A stretch of DNA of 32,000 nucleotides. Source: Candidatus Thorarchaeota archaeon (GTDB lineage: Archaea; Asgardarchaeota; Thorarchaeia; Thorarchaeales; Thorarchaeaceae). The notes under the pieces are model-generated. The model searched no databases, had not been told where the DNA came from, and worked only from the letters and a program-made list of their open reading frames with translations. The position numbers and the translations under genes were made by a program. Each line of letters starts with the position of its first letter. Position 1 is the first letter of the stretch. Shown in pieces: positions 1 through 9,226 of this stretch. Location: contig SHMX01000005.1 of assembly GCA_008080745.1 (NCBI GenBank), positions 150,001 through 182,000 of the forward strand, given 5' to 3'.

Positions 1-473
1 GCAAGATCAAAATCTTCTCCACCCTTTAGGCCCGATTCTTTCTCAAGGATTTTTTGGACTACATTTTGAGTTGTTCCTGGAGCAACTGTTGACTCAACTA
101 CAACCATAGCTCCCTTTTTCATTCTCTGTCCAATGTTTTTGCTTACCTCTCTTAAGGACACATACTGGGGCATATTTTGGGCATCGGTTGGTGTCTGCAC
201 ATCGATAAGGATGATGTCTGCATCTTTTAGGATATCGATGTCATCTGTTACTCTGAATGTACCCTTTTCAACTACTTTGGCAATCAATTCATCTAGGCCA
301 GGCTCATCACCCTCAAAGGGGGATTTTCCACTATTGAGCACATCTATCTTCCAACCGGAACGCTTTGATCTACGTTGCAGACCTATTACATCATAACCAT
401 CCACATCAGCAAGCAAAGCCGCTGCTGGAATTCCTACATAACCCATACCAATTACAACAATCCTTGTAGTCAT
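1..473 (-). CDS. Nucleotide-sugar (UDP-HexNAc-type, WecC/WbpA/TviB family) 6-dehydrogenase, N-terminal part; runs off the window start
   Basis: Hand translation from ATG at 473: MTTRIVVIGMGYVGIPAAALLA (GxGxxG Rossmann motif) ... IILIDVQTPTD ... VVVESTVAPGTT. The reading frame stays open to the window edge. Absent from the ORF track because it is truncated. Confidence 0.9.
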   Translation of the reverse strand, partial: MTTRIVVIGMGYVGIPAAALLADVDGYDVIGLQRRSKRSGWKIDVLNSGKSPFEGDEPGLDELIAKVVEKGTFRVTDDIDILKDADIILIDVQTPTDAQNMPQYVSLREVSKNIGQRMKKGAMVVVESTVAPGTTQNVVQKILEKESGLKGGEDFDL

Positions 474-719
474 CTTAATCGTCCCGTGGATTACAATTAT
501 AGTTCAGCATTTTCGCTGAGAGTACATTGAAAAAGGTTACTGAAACTCTGCTTGACCATCTTCATAAAAGCATGGTTATTATTGATGACTAGTATCTTGG
601 ATTGGAGGTAGTAAGATTAAACTATTTTATTAATCACAGAATTGAATCAATATGATTGGATGAAATAACTTATTTATCCCTCATGATTCGGTTTCGATGC
701 TTATATTTATGCCTCGAGG

Positions 720-1403
720 GTGATTCAAATAAAATTTCCAATCTCAAGTTTTACCGTGCGTGCCATAAAAAATCGGGTAAAAAGGATAGTAACAAGAAAG
801 AGATCGATTAAATTCCCTAATCCCTGGATGGAAGCTGAAGAGATAGCTTTGATTGATCACTTATTCGGACGTGTGGCACCAGAGCGATGTCTGGAATGGG
901 GCTGTGGTGGAAGTACCCTGCATTTTTCAAAGATACTTCAAGACACATCATGGGATTCAATTGAACATGATTTTCGTTGGTATAAGATTATATCCAGCTA
1001 TCTAGAACCAAAGCCAAATTGTACAATTCATCATGTTCCTTTTGGTAGTGAAACAGATTCCAGTCAAGAAGAGGTCGAGTCCTATGTCAATTTTCCTGAC
1101 ACCCTGGGAGGAGATTTTGACTTTATTCTGGTTGATGGCCGGAAGCGTGTCAAGTGTCTGAGAAAAACAAAAGACATCCTCAGTAGAAGAGGAATTGTGA
1201 TGCTTCATGACGCTGGTCGTGCTCGCTATCAGAGCGGACTGGAGGGATTTGCTTTTGGATATATGTTTAGATTACCCTGGTATCATATTGGTGTATGGGT
1301 TGGTGGAATGAACAAGTCATTGGTGAAATATTATGGTATTGATGGGCTATTCAAAGAATGGCAGATGCTCTTATATCTCTATGATTTTATTGGACTATAT
1401 TAG
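720..1403 (+). CDS. Class I SAM-dependent methyltransferase of the type found in glycan clusters
   Basis: Motif I-like CLEWGCGGST, DSIEHD (acidic residue at the end of strand 2), FDFILVDGR and MLHDA. GTG start uncertain. Confidence 0.75.
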   Translation: MIQIKFPISSFTVRAIKNRVKRIVTRKRSIKFPNPWMEAEEIALIDHLFGRVAPERCLEWGCGGSTLHFSKILQDTSWDSIEHDFRWYKIISSYLEPKPNCTIHHVPFGSETDSSQEEVESYVNFPDTLGGDFDFILVDGRKRVKCLRKTKDILSRRGIVMLHDAGRARYQSGLEGFAFGYMFRLPWYHIGVWVGGMNKSLVKYYGIDGLFKEWQMLLYLYDFIGLY

Positions 1404-1515
1404 TTTATGAATTTAGAAACCAATCTTCGTATTTGCACTAACTTATCATACATCCCTGATTGTACAATTGAATGGGTATAATCGTTTTCTAACTAATTAA
1501 TAATCTCTTTCAAAT

Positions 1516-2202
1516 CTATCGGAATTCTTCTATATACATGATTCTCATTTCGAATGCTTCTGCAAATTCCTCTCCCACAAAAGGACCTCTATAGCGCATA
1601 TTAGCTTCTAGACTCTTTCTAGAAAAATACGGTCTTCTTTCCAATTCGGATTTATACTCCCAAAGCGCTTTAAGTTTGGTTTCAACCTCCTTTTTAGTTA
1701 GTGGAACGAAAACGTTGGGTGAAAACCCTTGACAGTCCAAGGGCACTTCATAACTCAATAAAGTAGATTTTGTCCCCTTAAACGCTCTGAATGCCTCATG
1801 AGCTATAACTGCATGGTCTTGATGCACATCTTTTTCCCAATGAGTGAATACAATATCAAAATGAGTTTCTTTTCTAAGATCATAGAGATATTGGAGAATT
1901 TCTTGTCGATAAGCAGGTAATTTTCTAACAGGGAAGTCTAGTATTCTCAGATCTTGAATCCCAACAATCTTCGAGGCATTGACACATTCTTTTCTTCTGA
2001 TATCTTTTGGATGTTTAGGATCAGCAGCATCTTCACAACCGGAAAAGACTACTGATGTTATATGCACTCCCGAATTAGCGAGTTTGGTGATTACTCCTCC
2101 ACACCCAAATTCTGCATCGTCTGCATGTGCAGATATGAATAATACTTTCTTTGCATTGAACTCCACATTGCTACTTCCTTTGCGGTTTATCAAAACGTAC
2201 AA
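1516..2202 (-). CDS. PIG-L/LmbE-family Zn-dependent N-deacetylase
   Basis: SAHADDAEFGCGG (HxDD) and HQDH (HxDH) metal/catalytic motifs, plus C-terminal AEAFE. The true start may be GTG at 2166. Confidence 0.9.
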   Translation of the reverse strand: MYVLINRKGSSNVEFNAKKVLFISAHADDAEFGCGGVITKLANSGVHITSVVFSGCEDAADPKHPKDIRRKECVNASKIVGIQDLRILDFPVRKLPAYRQEILQYLYDLRKETHFDIVFTHWEKDVHQDHAVIAHEAFRAFKGTKSTLLSYEVPLDCQGFSPNVFVPLTKKEVETKLKALWEYKSELERRPYFSRKSLEANMRYRGPFVGEEFAEAFEMRIMYIEEFR

Positions 2203-2278
2203 AAAGTCATTGTACAGTTTTTAGAGTGATATTTAATTGTTCAGTCTTTGAGATTGAAAGGTTTATTGGTGTCTACAG

Positions 2279-3394
2279 ATGTATCCGGGAATTGAATGTA
2301 AAGATATAGAAATCGGCGAAAATTTTGACCTGGGACCAGGTGTTTCCATTAAAGCAAAACAAGTACGGATTGGTGATAATGTATCCATTGGTTCTCTTAG
2401 TTCCGATGAAGCTTTCCGGCACCCTGGGGGTGTTCAGATAAATGTTGATAGTCTGGAGATTGGAGATTCATCCAATATATCCCGTTCAGTCTTAATCAAA
2501 GGCGGTTCTATTTCTTTTGGAATGAAAGTCACTATTCGGGAATATAGCACTATAAATGTTCGTCAGAAATTATATCTTGATGACCTCTGTTATATCAGTC
2601 CTTATTGCAGGGTAAATGGAAGGGATATCAAAATAGGCAAAAACTTTCGAATGCTGACATGGGCCAATATTGGTGGTGGTAGCTGTTTTGAAGTTCAGTC
2701 AAAGCTTAGAATGGGTGATAATTGTCACCTTGGAGAATTCGCTCAGATAAATACCGCTGATAGTATTCAAATCGGCCACGAGGTCGGTATTGGTATACGT
2801 TCTAGCGTTTTCACACATGGTGCCTATCAATCTGTCATAAAAGGCTATCCGGTTGAATTTGGTCCGGTCCAGATTGGAAGCTATTGTTGGCTTCCTCATG
2901 CTTACGTCTTACCTAATGTGAATATTGGCGAAGGTACCGTGGTAGCAGCAGGTTCTGTGGTCAACAAGAGTTTACCTCCCTATAGCTTAGCAGGAGGAGT
3001 GCCTGCAAAAGTTATTCGAAGTGACATATACAAGAACCCCCCCTCTGATATTCCCCTACGAGACCTACTGGGAGGATTACTGGTTCGTCTCGATCAGATT
3101 CTCAAAGATTCTTTTGGAGAAAAAGAAACATCCCGTGGAGGAGCAGGCTATTTTCATGGTTCTGACCATAGGCTGGTAGTTTGCGAATCGTTGGATTCTG
3201 AAGATATAAAAAAGCTAAATGTACAACCAAATGATACCTTTATTGTTCGAAAAAATGATCTATCTAAAGATGAAATTGAGGAAATTGGAATCACTGTAAT
3301 TGACGTAACAAATCTTCTAGTTATTGGCCAAACTAATGAATATGCTAGGAGGGTTACTAATCAACTTAGAAGATATGGTGTACGTTTACGTTAG
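2279..3394 (+). CDS. Hexapeptide-repeat (left-handed beta-helix) acyltransferase with a C-terminal extension
   Basis: Many [IV]-G-x-x-x-x repeats (IGENFD, IGDNVS, IGDSSN, IGKNFR, IGHEVG, IGSYCW, IGEGTV) and VVNKSLPPYSLAGGVPAKVIR, typical of LbH sugar O-acetyltransferases. Confidence 0.85.
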   Translation: MYPGIECKDIEIGENFDLGPGVSIKAKQVRIGDNVSIGSLSSDEAFRHPGGVQINVDSLEIGDSSNISRSVLIKGGSISFGMKVTIREYSTINVRQKLYLDDLCYISPYCRVNGRDIKIGKNFRMLTWANIGGGSCFEVQSKLRMGDNCHLGEFAQINTADSIQIGHEVGIGIRSSVFTHGAYQSVIKGYPVEFGPVQIGSYCWLPHAYVLPNVNIGEGTVVAAGSVVNKSLPPYSLAGGVPAKVIRSDIYKNPPSDIPLRDLLGGLLVRLDQILKDSFGEKETSRGGAGYFHGSDHRLVVCESLDSEDIKKLNVQPNDTFIVRKNDLSKDEIEEIGITVIDVTNLLVIGQTNEYARRVTNQLRRYGVRLR

Positions 3395-3521
3395 TTTCTC
3401 AACTACATGAGAAAAAATCACCTACTTAATCTATGAAAACAAAGGCTTAGCAACAAACACTACCAATTTACTACCTGCAAAAGCCCACAACGCTATCGTC
3501 AGAATAAGTCAGTTTTATGTG

Positions 3522-3547
3522 GACACTCTCATAATGGCGAGAGTGTC
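3522..3547. repeat. 9-bp perfect inverted repeat (hairpin) between convergent genes
   Basis: GACACTCTC-ataatggc-GAGAGTGTC, in the 3' region shared by the acyltransferase and the 4Fe-4S gene. No adjacent poly-T tract. Confidence 0.55.
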
Positions 3548-3589
3548 TAACTACAAAACATACGAGTATAACTGTTGTTAGATGCACAT

Positions 3590-4414
3590 TCATTCCACGT
3601 CTACAACTTTAGCAATTCTCTCCAAAGCTATATCGTATCCTGCTCTATCGATATGAATTTCGATTGCGTCATTAGGGCATACCTCAACACAACGTCCACA
3701 TGCTCTACAGTTCTTGCCGATTACTGCTCTTCCCTTTACTATATGTATCGCATCAACAAAGCAAACATTTTGGGTACACTTACCACACCCGATACAGCTG
3801 TCATTTACTCGTATTTCCACACCTGGCATTTTGGTCACCTTCTCCCCGATATGGGGTGTGATATCCGGAAGCATGCGCCATAGACAACAACATGGACAGC
3901 AATTACATATTGTTAGAAGTTTTTCACCTGGACCTACATTTAGCCAAACCGAATCCAATTTGTTTCGACCTATCAGGTGAACAAGACCCGCTTCTCTCAC
4001 CTTTTTTACATATTCGAGAGCCTCTTCTTTAGTTACTTTTCGTCCCAAATTTGGATTGATTCCCAAAGTAGCTTCACCCAAGAATAAACATCCATAATCG
4101 ATAGGATAGTCTTTGCACTGCAGCGAATCTCTACAAATACAGAAATTCATAATCCAATGATAGTTCGCCTTTTTGATGAACTCGTCAACAATCTGGGAGG
4201 GAAGAACTGTATCAGTTGGACGTTCTAGTGATTTGCCAATTGTAATGGTCTTATGTGCTGCACTATCTTTGGGCAAATAGATAATATCGTCTCCTTCAAA
4301 GAGCATCCTTTCAATAATGCCTCCAATAATTGGCACATTGGTCAATTTTGCAATAATACGCGTATTTGGAAATGTCTTCTTTAGGAGTGCAACAAACCAG
4401 AGAGGTCTCGCCAT
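3590..4414 (-). CDS. Cys-rich 4Fe-4S binding protein (C-terminal 2x[4Fe-4S] ferredoxin domain plus a CNCCPCCC cluster)
   Basis: CIGCGKC..VC and CRACGRCVEVCP ferredoxin motifs, plus FCICR..C..GC and CNCCPCCC; 18 Cys by hand count. Confidence 0.85.
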   Translation of the reverse strand: MARPLWFVALLKKTFPNTRIIAKLTNVPIIGGIIERMLFEGDDIIYLPKDSAAHKTITIGKSLERPTDTVLPSQIVDEFIKKANYHWIMNFCICRDSLQCKDYPIDYGCLFLGEATLGINPNLGRKVTKEEALEYVKKVREAGLVHLIGRNKLDSVWLNVGPGEKLLTICNCCPCCCLWRMLPDITPHIGEKVTKMPGVEIRVNDSCIGCGKCTQNVCFVDAIHIVKGRAVIGKNCRACGRCVEVCPNDAIEIHIDRAGYDIALERIAKVVDVE

Positions 4415-4556
4415 AAATCGATTAGTGATTCAATAACTGATATTAGTATCGAAATATGATAAAACACCAAATGGCATCTGTCTATAGTGGCATGATGCGG
4501 TATTCTCATAAGTTGTCATGTATATCCTGAATAGGAGAGATAGAGGTGCCTGATAC

Positions 4557-7500
4557 ATGCGGTTAATGAGAACCATCATCATTTTGATAATAGTGGCTGT
4601 GATTTCCACGGTTGTCTTGGGTTCGGTATACGGGTTCTTTCTTGGACAGAGTATATACCAGAACACATACTATACAAAGGCAGGAGTGGACTTCTGGGCA
4701 ACTTGGACATTACGAAATAATATTTTCACGGCTTCGGTATTGTTGACCATATTGAGTATGATTACTCTTCCACAACGTTCTACCCTTCTTACACTTATAT
4801 CAACCATCGCGACAGATGGAAAACCAGTGAGTAAACTAACTCTGGGTCAAGCTGTAGGATGGCGTATCATTCAGGCGGTGGCTCTTTTTCTGATCTATGT
4901 AAGTATTGGGGGCTATTCCTTCACAGGTCAAAATGTTGCCTTTCTGATGATGCTTGTGGGTGATGGTTCGATAAGCATTAATGCTGACCAACTGGGACTA
5001 TTATTCTCACTTCCATTCTATCCACAGACTTCTGCTTCAACCATTGTGGGACTGATTCCTGCATTGGAAGCATATCAATTGTATCTGGGTCTTATCTCGA
5101 CCTTTGTATTTTTCACTGCTGGCCGATTCGTATTGGGCCTGATTTCAAATCTCCTCTCTCAGCGACGTGACTCATATCTTGCAATTTCTCTTGGCTCGTT
5201 CGCGATTGGATTTGGAATCCTTCTTGAGATTCTGGGTGTTCCAATGTGGACAGTCAACGCCGGTACCTATCTTTCCTATCTTGCATTACTAGTGGGTCTT
5301 GCCGCCTCTCTTATAGCCGGTTTCATGTTTGCTGTGGCTAGATTACGTTCTGGGGGTTCAACACAACGGACAAAAAGTAAAATTACGCAACTTGAGCAGG
5401 ATTTAGCGAGGCTTCAGGGTGAGCTACTCTCAGTTAGAAAAGAGTACGAGGAGGGTACAATGGACTTTGCCACCTTCGAGCGGCGTGTTAAGCTACTCCA
5501 AGAAGACCAGTACTACATTAAAGAAGAGCTCCGTAGACTCAAAATAGCTCGTTTTGTTCCAATCATGGGTAGTGATCGCAGCTATGGCTGTGTTGCTTTA
5601 TTTCTCATTGTGATTGTAGCTGTACTACCTATTGCTCAAGTGGTTCTCTATGAGATTCCCATGGATGGAGACCAGTATCTAGAATGGAAATTTAATTATG
5701 AGACTAAAAAAGAGATAACCCTTACCAACTGGGCTGCGGGATTAGAGGATATGCAGATTAAGACCCTGGAGGATTTGACATCAAATGCTACGCCTGAAAG
5801 CGAAGTCGAATCGTTGACTACAGTAAGGCAATGGGACCAGACTGCAAGCTATAAACGGATGAAAAATCAGATTGGCACAAATTGGATGCAATTGTCGGAT
5901 TCTGACATTGTATATCTTGGAGGACATGAGTATTGGGTTGCACCTTTGACATTCGACACTGGCAGGACCAAGACTAATTTCATCAATCAACATCTTTACT
6001 ATACCCATACAGAGGGAATGGTGGTCTTAGATGCTTATAGTGGGGATCTGATAGAGAATGAAAATCTTATTGCGCTGCTAAATAGCAGTGCTGACATCAA
6101 CATATATTATGGTGAGGGTGACGGATTTAGTGATGTTGCTTTTGTGAATGTTCCTGGGTTTACAGAGGTGGGGAATACCACTTTCTCGGCCTCTCCAGAT
6201 TACGTACTTTCCGGCTTTGAATCTCTCTTCTATATGTTCACAATGGGTCCGGAGGCATGGTCATTTATGGGCCGTGATATGAACATGCTCGTAGAACGAG
6301 ATGTACTTTCTCGAGTACGTTCTATCCTTTTACAAGGACTAACTGCAGATTCGGATCCCTATATCGTGGTTGACGATTCAGGTAGACTGCATTATGCAGT
6401 ATCAGTGTATATTGATTATAAGCTTGCTACAGGATACGCTCATGAGAACTATATGCGCTTCATCGGTCAGGTGTTGGTAGATATCGATACAGGTGATCTC
6501 TCGTTCTACAGATCTCCAACTGAAACTGATGAGTTCTTCATAGACAAGACATACATGGAGTATTACCTCTGGCAGGACGCTCCCAGCTGGTTACAAAGCC
6601 AGATGAAGTGGCCCGAGGATATGTACGAAACTCAACTTGAAGTTGCTTACATCTACCATGTTATAGATGGCCTTGTCTGGCGAGGAGGCCTTGATTTCCA
6701 TCAGACTCCCGATGGTTCAGATACCAGATATATTATCATGCAGATTGGTGGAGAAGAGCGCTTTGTAGCTATGCATAACACTGAGTTCAGGGATTCGATG
6801 GGTAGGAACTTGGCAGGACTATATATCATGGGATGCGGAAACAAGGATTTTGGAGAGCTGGTATTCTATAGTGCTGGCGAATTAGGCTTCTCAACGTTAC
6901 TTGGACCAAATGCTGCTGTTCAGGCCTTCGAAACTGCAGATGAGGTGCGTACACAACTTCAACTCTGGGGTGAACATCGATATGGTAATCGTCTCCTCTA
7001 TCATCTTGGAGGTGCCCTCTTTTTCGTTATACCAGTATTCCTAGAGGTGGAGACTTCCTCGGATATTGTCATTGAGAAGCTGGGTGGTGTAGGTCTCGTA
7101 GATGCGCTTACTGGTGAGCGAGTAGAGCTGGGTGAAAATATTGTGGAGGCATATTACAAGATGTTTGGTCTGCTTAACCAGACTGTAATTGAGGAAGGAA
7201 GTGTGGGTATTGAGAGTGCAGTCTTTAATCCTGTTACTATAGAATCTGGAGAATTTGCTGATCTCGTGACTCTTCTAAGAAATAATGACAATGTTACACA
7301 TAATCTGACCATGGATATTGTGGTTTCTTCAGGAAACTTCTCTGTGAATTGGCATGGTGGAGCTGTTACGCCATCGGTGTATAGTACCAATACCACATAC
7401 TCTTTGAATATAGGGCTGGTTGGACCTGGTGACTCGTATGGAACTGCTCCGCAGATCACAGCATATCTGCCATCTGGTCTAGTGTTTGCACAATATGTGG

Positions 7501-7568
7501 TACAGGTGATTCTCAGAACTGAAGAAGGTATATCTGATGAAATCACTTTGTTCTTAACTGTGACTTAA
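4557..7568 (+). CDS. UPF0182-family integral membrane protein with a C-terminal extension
   Basis: N-terminal multi-TM region, then a soluble domain with VRQWD, HLYYTH, IYYGE, DSDPYIVV and YMRF segments resembling COG1615/UPF0182. GAGGTG SD upstream of the ATG. Confidence 0.75.
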   Translation: MRLMRTIIILIIVAVISTVVLGSVYGFFLGQSIYQNTYYTKAGVDFWATWTLRNNIFTASVLLTILSMITLPQRSTLLTLISTIATDGKPVSKLTLGQAVGWRIIQAVALFLIYVSIGGYSFTGQNVAFLMMLVGDGSISINADQLGLLFSLPFYPQTSASTIVGLIPALEAYQLYLGLISTFVFFTAGRFVLGLISNLLSQRRDSYLAISLGSFAIGFGILLEILGVPMWTVNAGTYLSYLALLVGLAASLIAGFMFAVARLRSGGSTQRTKSKITQLEQDLARLQGELLSVRKEYEEGTMDFATFERRVKLLQEDQYYIKEELRRLKIARFVPIMGSDRSYGCVALFLIVIVAVLPIAQVVLYEIPMDGDQYLEWKFNYETKKEITLTNWAAGLEDMQIKTLEDLTSNATPESEVESLTTVRQWDQTASYKRMKNQIGTNWMQLSDSDIVYLGGHEYWVAPLTFDTGRTKTNFINQHLYYTHTEGMVVLDAYSGDLIENENLIALLNSSADINIYYGEGDGFSDVAFVNVPGFTEVGNTTFSASPDYVLSGFESLFYMFTMGPEAWSFMGRDMNMLVERDVLSRVRSILLQGLTADSDPYIVVDDSGRLHYAVSVYIDYKLATGYAHENYMRFIGQVLVDIDTGDLSFYRSPTETDEFFIDKTYMEYYLWQDAPSWLQSQMKWPEDMYETQLEVAYIYHVIDGLVWRGGLDFHQTPDGSDTRYIIMQIGGEERFVAMHNTEFRDSMGRNLAGLYIMGCGNKDFGELVFYSAGELGFSTLLGPNAAVQAFETADEVRTQLQLWGEHRYGNRLLYHLGGALFFVIPVFLEVETSSDIVIEKLGGVGLVDALTGERVELGENIVEAYYKMFGLLNQTVIEEGSVGIESAVFNPVTIESGEFADLVTLLRNNDNVTHNLTMDIVVSSGNFSVNWHGGAVTPSVYSTNTTYSLNIGLVGPGDSYGTAPQITAYLPSGLVFAQYVVQVILRTEEGISDEITLFLTVT

Positions 7569-7575
7569 GGGCGGT

Positions 7576-8505
7576 TTATCCGAACCGCTCTCTGTACCAT
7601 TTTATGGTTTCTTCGAGTCCTGTTTCAAAAGGTATAGTGGGTTCGAAATCTAAGAGTTTCTTCGCTTTCTTCAAAGAACCAAAGCTCTCCTTGACATCTC
7701 CTGCTCTCGGCGGACCATGGATAATCTGCACACTCTCAAAGTTATCTGCTATCTTTTTCGCAATCTCCAGAATTGTTAATACTTCTGTACCACAAATGTT
7801 GATTATCTCACCTGAAATATCTGCGACCTCAGCTGCCCGAATAGTTGCATCAACTACATCATTCACATGTATCATACTTCTTGTCTGAGTTCCATCTCCA
7901 TCGATTGTCAAAGGTTTCTCTTGGAGAGCATCATTGATAAAAATCGAAACCACTCCACTATACGCAGAATATGCTTGTCGGGGACCATAGACATTAAAAT
8001 AACGCAAAAGTGTAGATTCGAGACTGTATGTTTTAATATATGCTTGGATATATTTCTCTGCAGAAGCCTTGGAGGCGGCATAAGGACTAAGACAGTCTAT
8101 GGGCATCGATTCTGTAATTGGCTGTGTATCAGGATTTCCATATACTGCTGCACTGGAACTGAATACAAATCGTCTTGCATCTCTTTCTTTAGCAAGATTT
8201 AGCACATTCAATGTACCTATGGTGTTGTGTTTGTTTACTAGAAGGGGATCTTCAACACTAAGTTTGACAGACGATATTGCGGCTAGATGAAACACATAAT
8301 CCAAATCTTGCTCAATTACTGGAGACAAGTCTTCTGTGATATCCAATTTATGGAACTCAAAGTTTGCACTTGTTGGTAGATTTTCCATTATGCCAGTTGA
8401 TAGATTATCTATTCCAATAACTGTGAATCCTTTCTCAAGCAATTTATCCGTGAGATGACTTGCTATGAATCCAGCACAACCTGTGACAAGAGCGGTCTTT
8501 ACCAT
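7576..8505 (-). CDS. Extended SDR NAD-dependent NDP-sugar epimerase/dehydratase (GalE/WbpP-like)
   Basis: TGCAGFIASH, FHLAA, SSAAVYG, catalytic YAASK and LRYFNVYGPRQ. Confidence 0.92.
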   Translation of the reverse strand: MVKTALVTGCAGFIASHLTDKLLEKGFTVIGIDNLSTGIMENLPTSANFEFHKLDITEDLSPVIEQDLDYVFHLAAISSVKLSVEDPLLVNKHNTIGTLNVLNLAKERDARRFVFSSSAAVYGNPDTQPITESMPIDCLSPYAASKASAEKYIQAYIKTYSLESTLLRYFNVYGPRQAYSAYSGVVSIFINDALQEKPLTIDGDGTQTRSMIHVNDVVDATIRAAEVADISGEIINICGTEVLTILEIAKKIADNFESVQIIHGPPRAGDVKESFGSLKKAKKLLDFEPTIPFETGLEETIKWYRERFG

Positions 8506-8655
8506 TCTTTTCCCTCTCTAATGTGGAAATTCTCTCATCTATAATCCTTTCCGCCATTGTTAGTGGTCACTTGATTCATCGTCTTACGAATAAGTTTATG
8601 AAGCTGCATCAAGCGCCGAGATAACAGCAACCACCGTAGTTATGCCTAGGCGGGA

Positions 8656-8952
8656 TTGTCGATGATTTCAGAACCATTCGAGTTTGCACAACTAATTATC
8701 CTGGTCCTAGCTGTTATTTTCCTTGTCGTAGCAATCGAATATCGTAGATTGTCTTTTGCAATCATCTCGTTTGCTGTTGGTAATGGCTTTCTCAGCCTTG
8801 CCTTCTTTGCTCTCGGGGCTCCCATTGTTGCAGCTTTCAATTTCAGTGTCTTTTCAGGCGCTTTCTTGATTGTCTTCCTTGCTACAATGAATCTTGAAGC
8901 TCCAGAAGAGGAGAAACCAGCTAGTCCAGAGGAATCGGAGGTGACTGCGTGA
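8656..8952 (+). CDS. Complex I/Mrp-like small membrane subunit, NuoJ N-half/MbhD-like
   Basis: Three hydrophobic segments; GAPIVAAFNFSVFSGA resembles NuoJ AP.VA..Q..VY.GA; first gene of a nuoK-L-M-type cluster. Likely start is ATG at 8662. Confidence 0.65.
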   Translation: MSMISEPFEFAQLIILVLAVIFLVVAIEYRRLSFAIISFAVGNGFLSLAFFALGAPIVAAFNFSVFSGAFLIVFLATMNLEAPEEEKPASPEESEVTA

Positions 8953-9224
8953 TGAAACATAAAATAGTCGCAGCAGTACTCTCCCTTGTTATAATAATCC
9001 TCGTCGGATACCAGCTGATAGATTTCTCAGCTTTTGTACTAGGTACTCCGGCAGGTGGTACACAACCAGCTGACCTAGCCAACGCTGGACAGGTTTTGGG
9101 CGTCATTCGGGACTGGATCTCATCCTATCGAGCCATTGACGTTCTTATTCAAGCAACCTTACTGCTTGCAGCTGTTATGGGTGTGTCTGCTCTAGTTCGG
9201 TCGATGTACATGGAGGAATCCTAA
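8949..9224 (+). CDS. Complex I/Mrp-like small membrane subunit, NuoJ C-half/MbhE-MrpB-like
   Basis: YRAIDVLIQATLLLAAVMGVSAL; TGATG overlap with the upstream gene (likely ATG at 8952) and GGAGGTGA SD. Confidence 0.65.
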   Translation: MMKHKIVAAVLSLVIIILVGYQLIDFSAFVLGTPAGGTQPADLANAGQVLGVIRDWISSYRAIDVLIQATLLLAAVMGVSALVRSMYMEES

Positions 9225-9226
9225 TC

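Noticed and set aside
133-396. 87-aa + strand ORF in the track
   Set aside because: Antisense shadow of the truncated nucleotide-sugar dehydrogenase on the - strand.
3522-3592. Possible selenocysteine read-through (TGA stop of the 4Fe-4S gene with a downstream hairpin as SECIS)
   Set aside because: Read-through would add only about four residues (U-M-C-I) outside any motif, and the hairpin lacks recognisable SECIS GAA/kink-turn features.
7569-7590. GCGGTT/AACCGC stem at the UPF0182-epimerase convergent junction
   Set aside because: Only a 6-bp stem, mostly dictated by the epimerase's last codons, with no U-tract.
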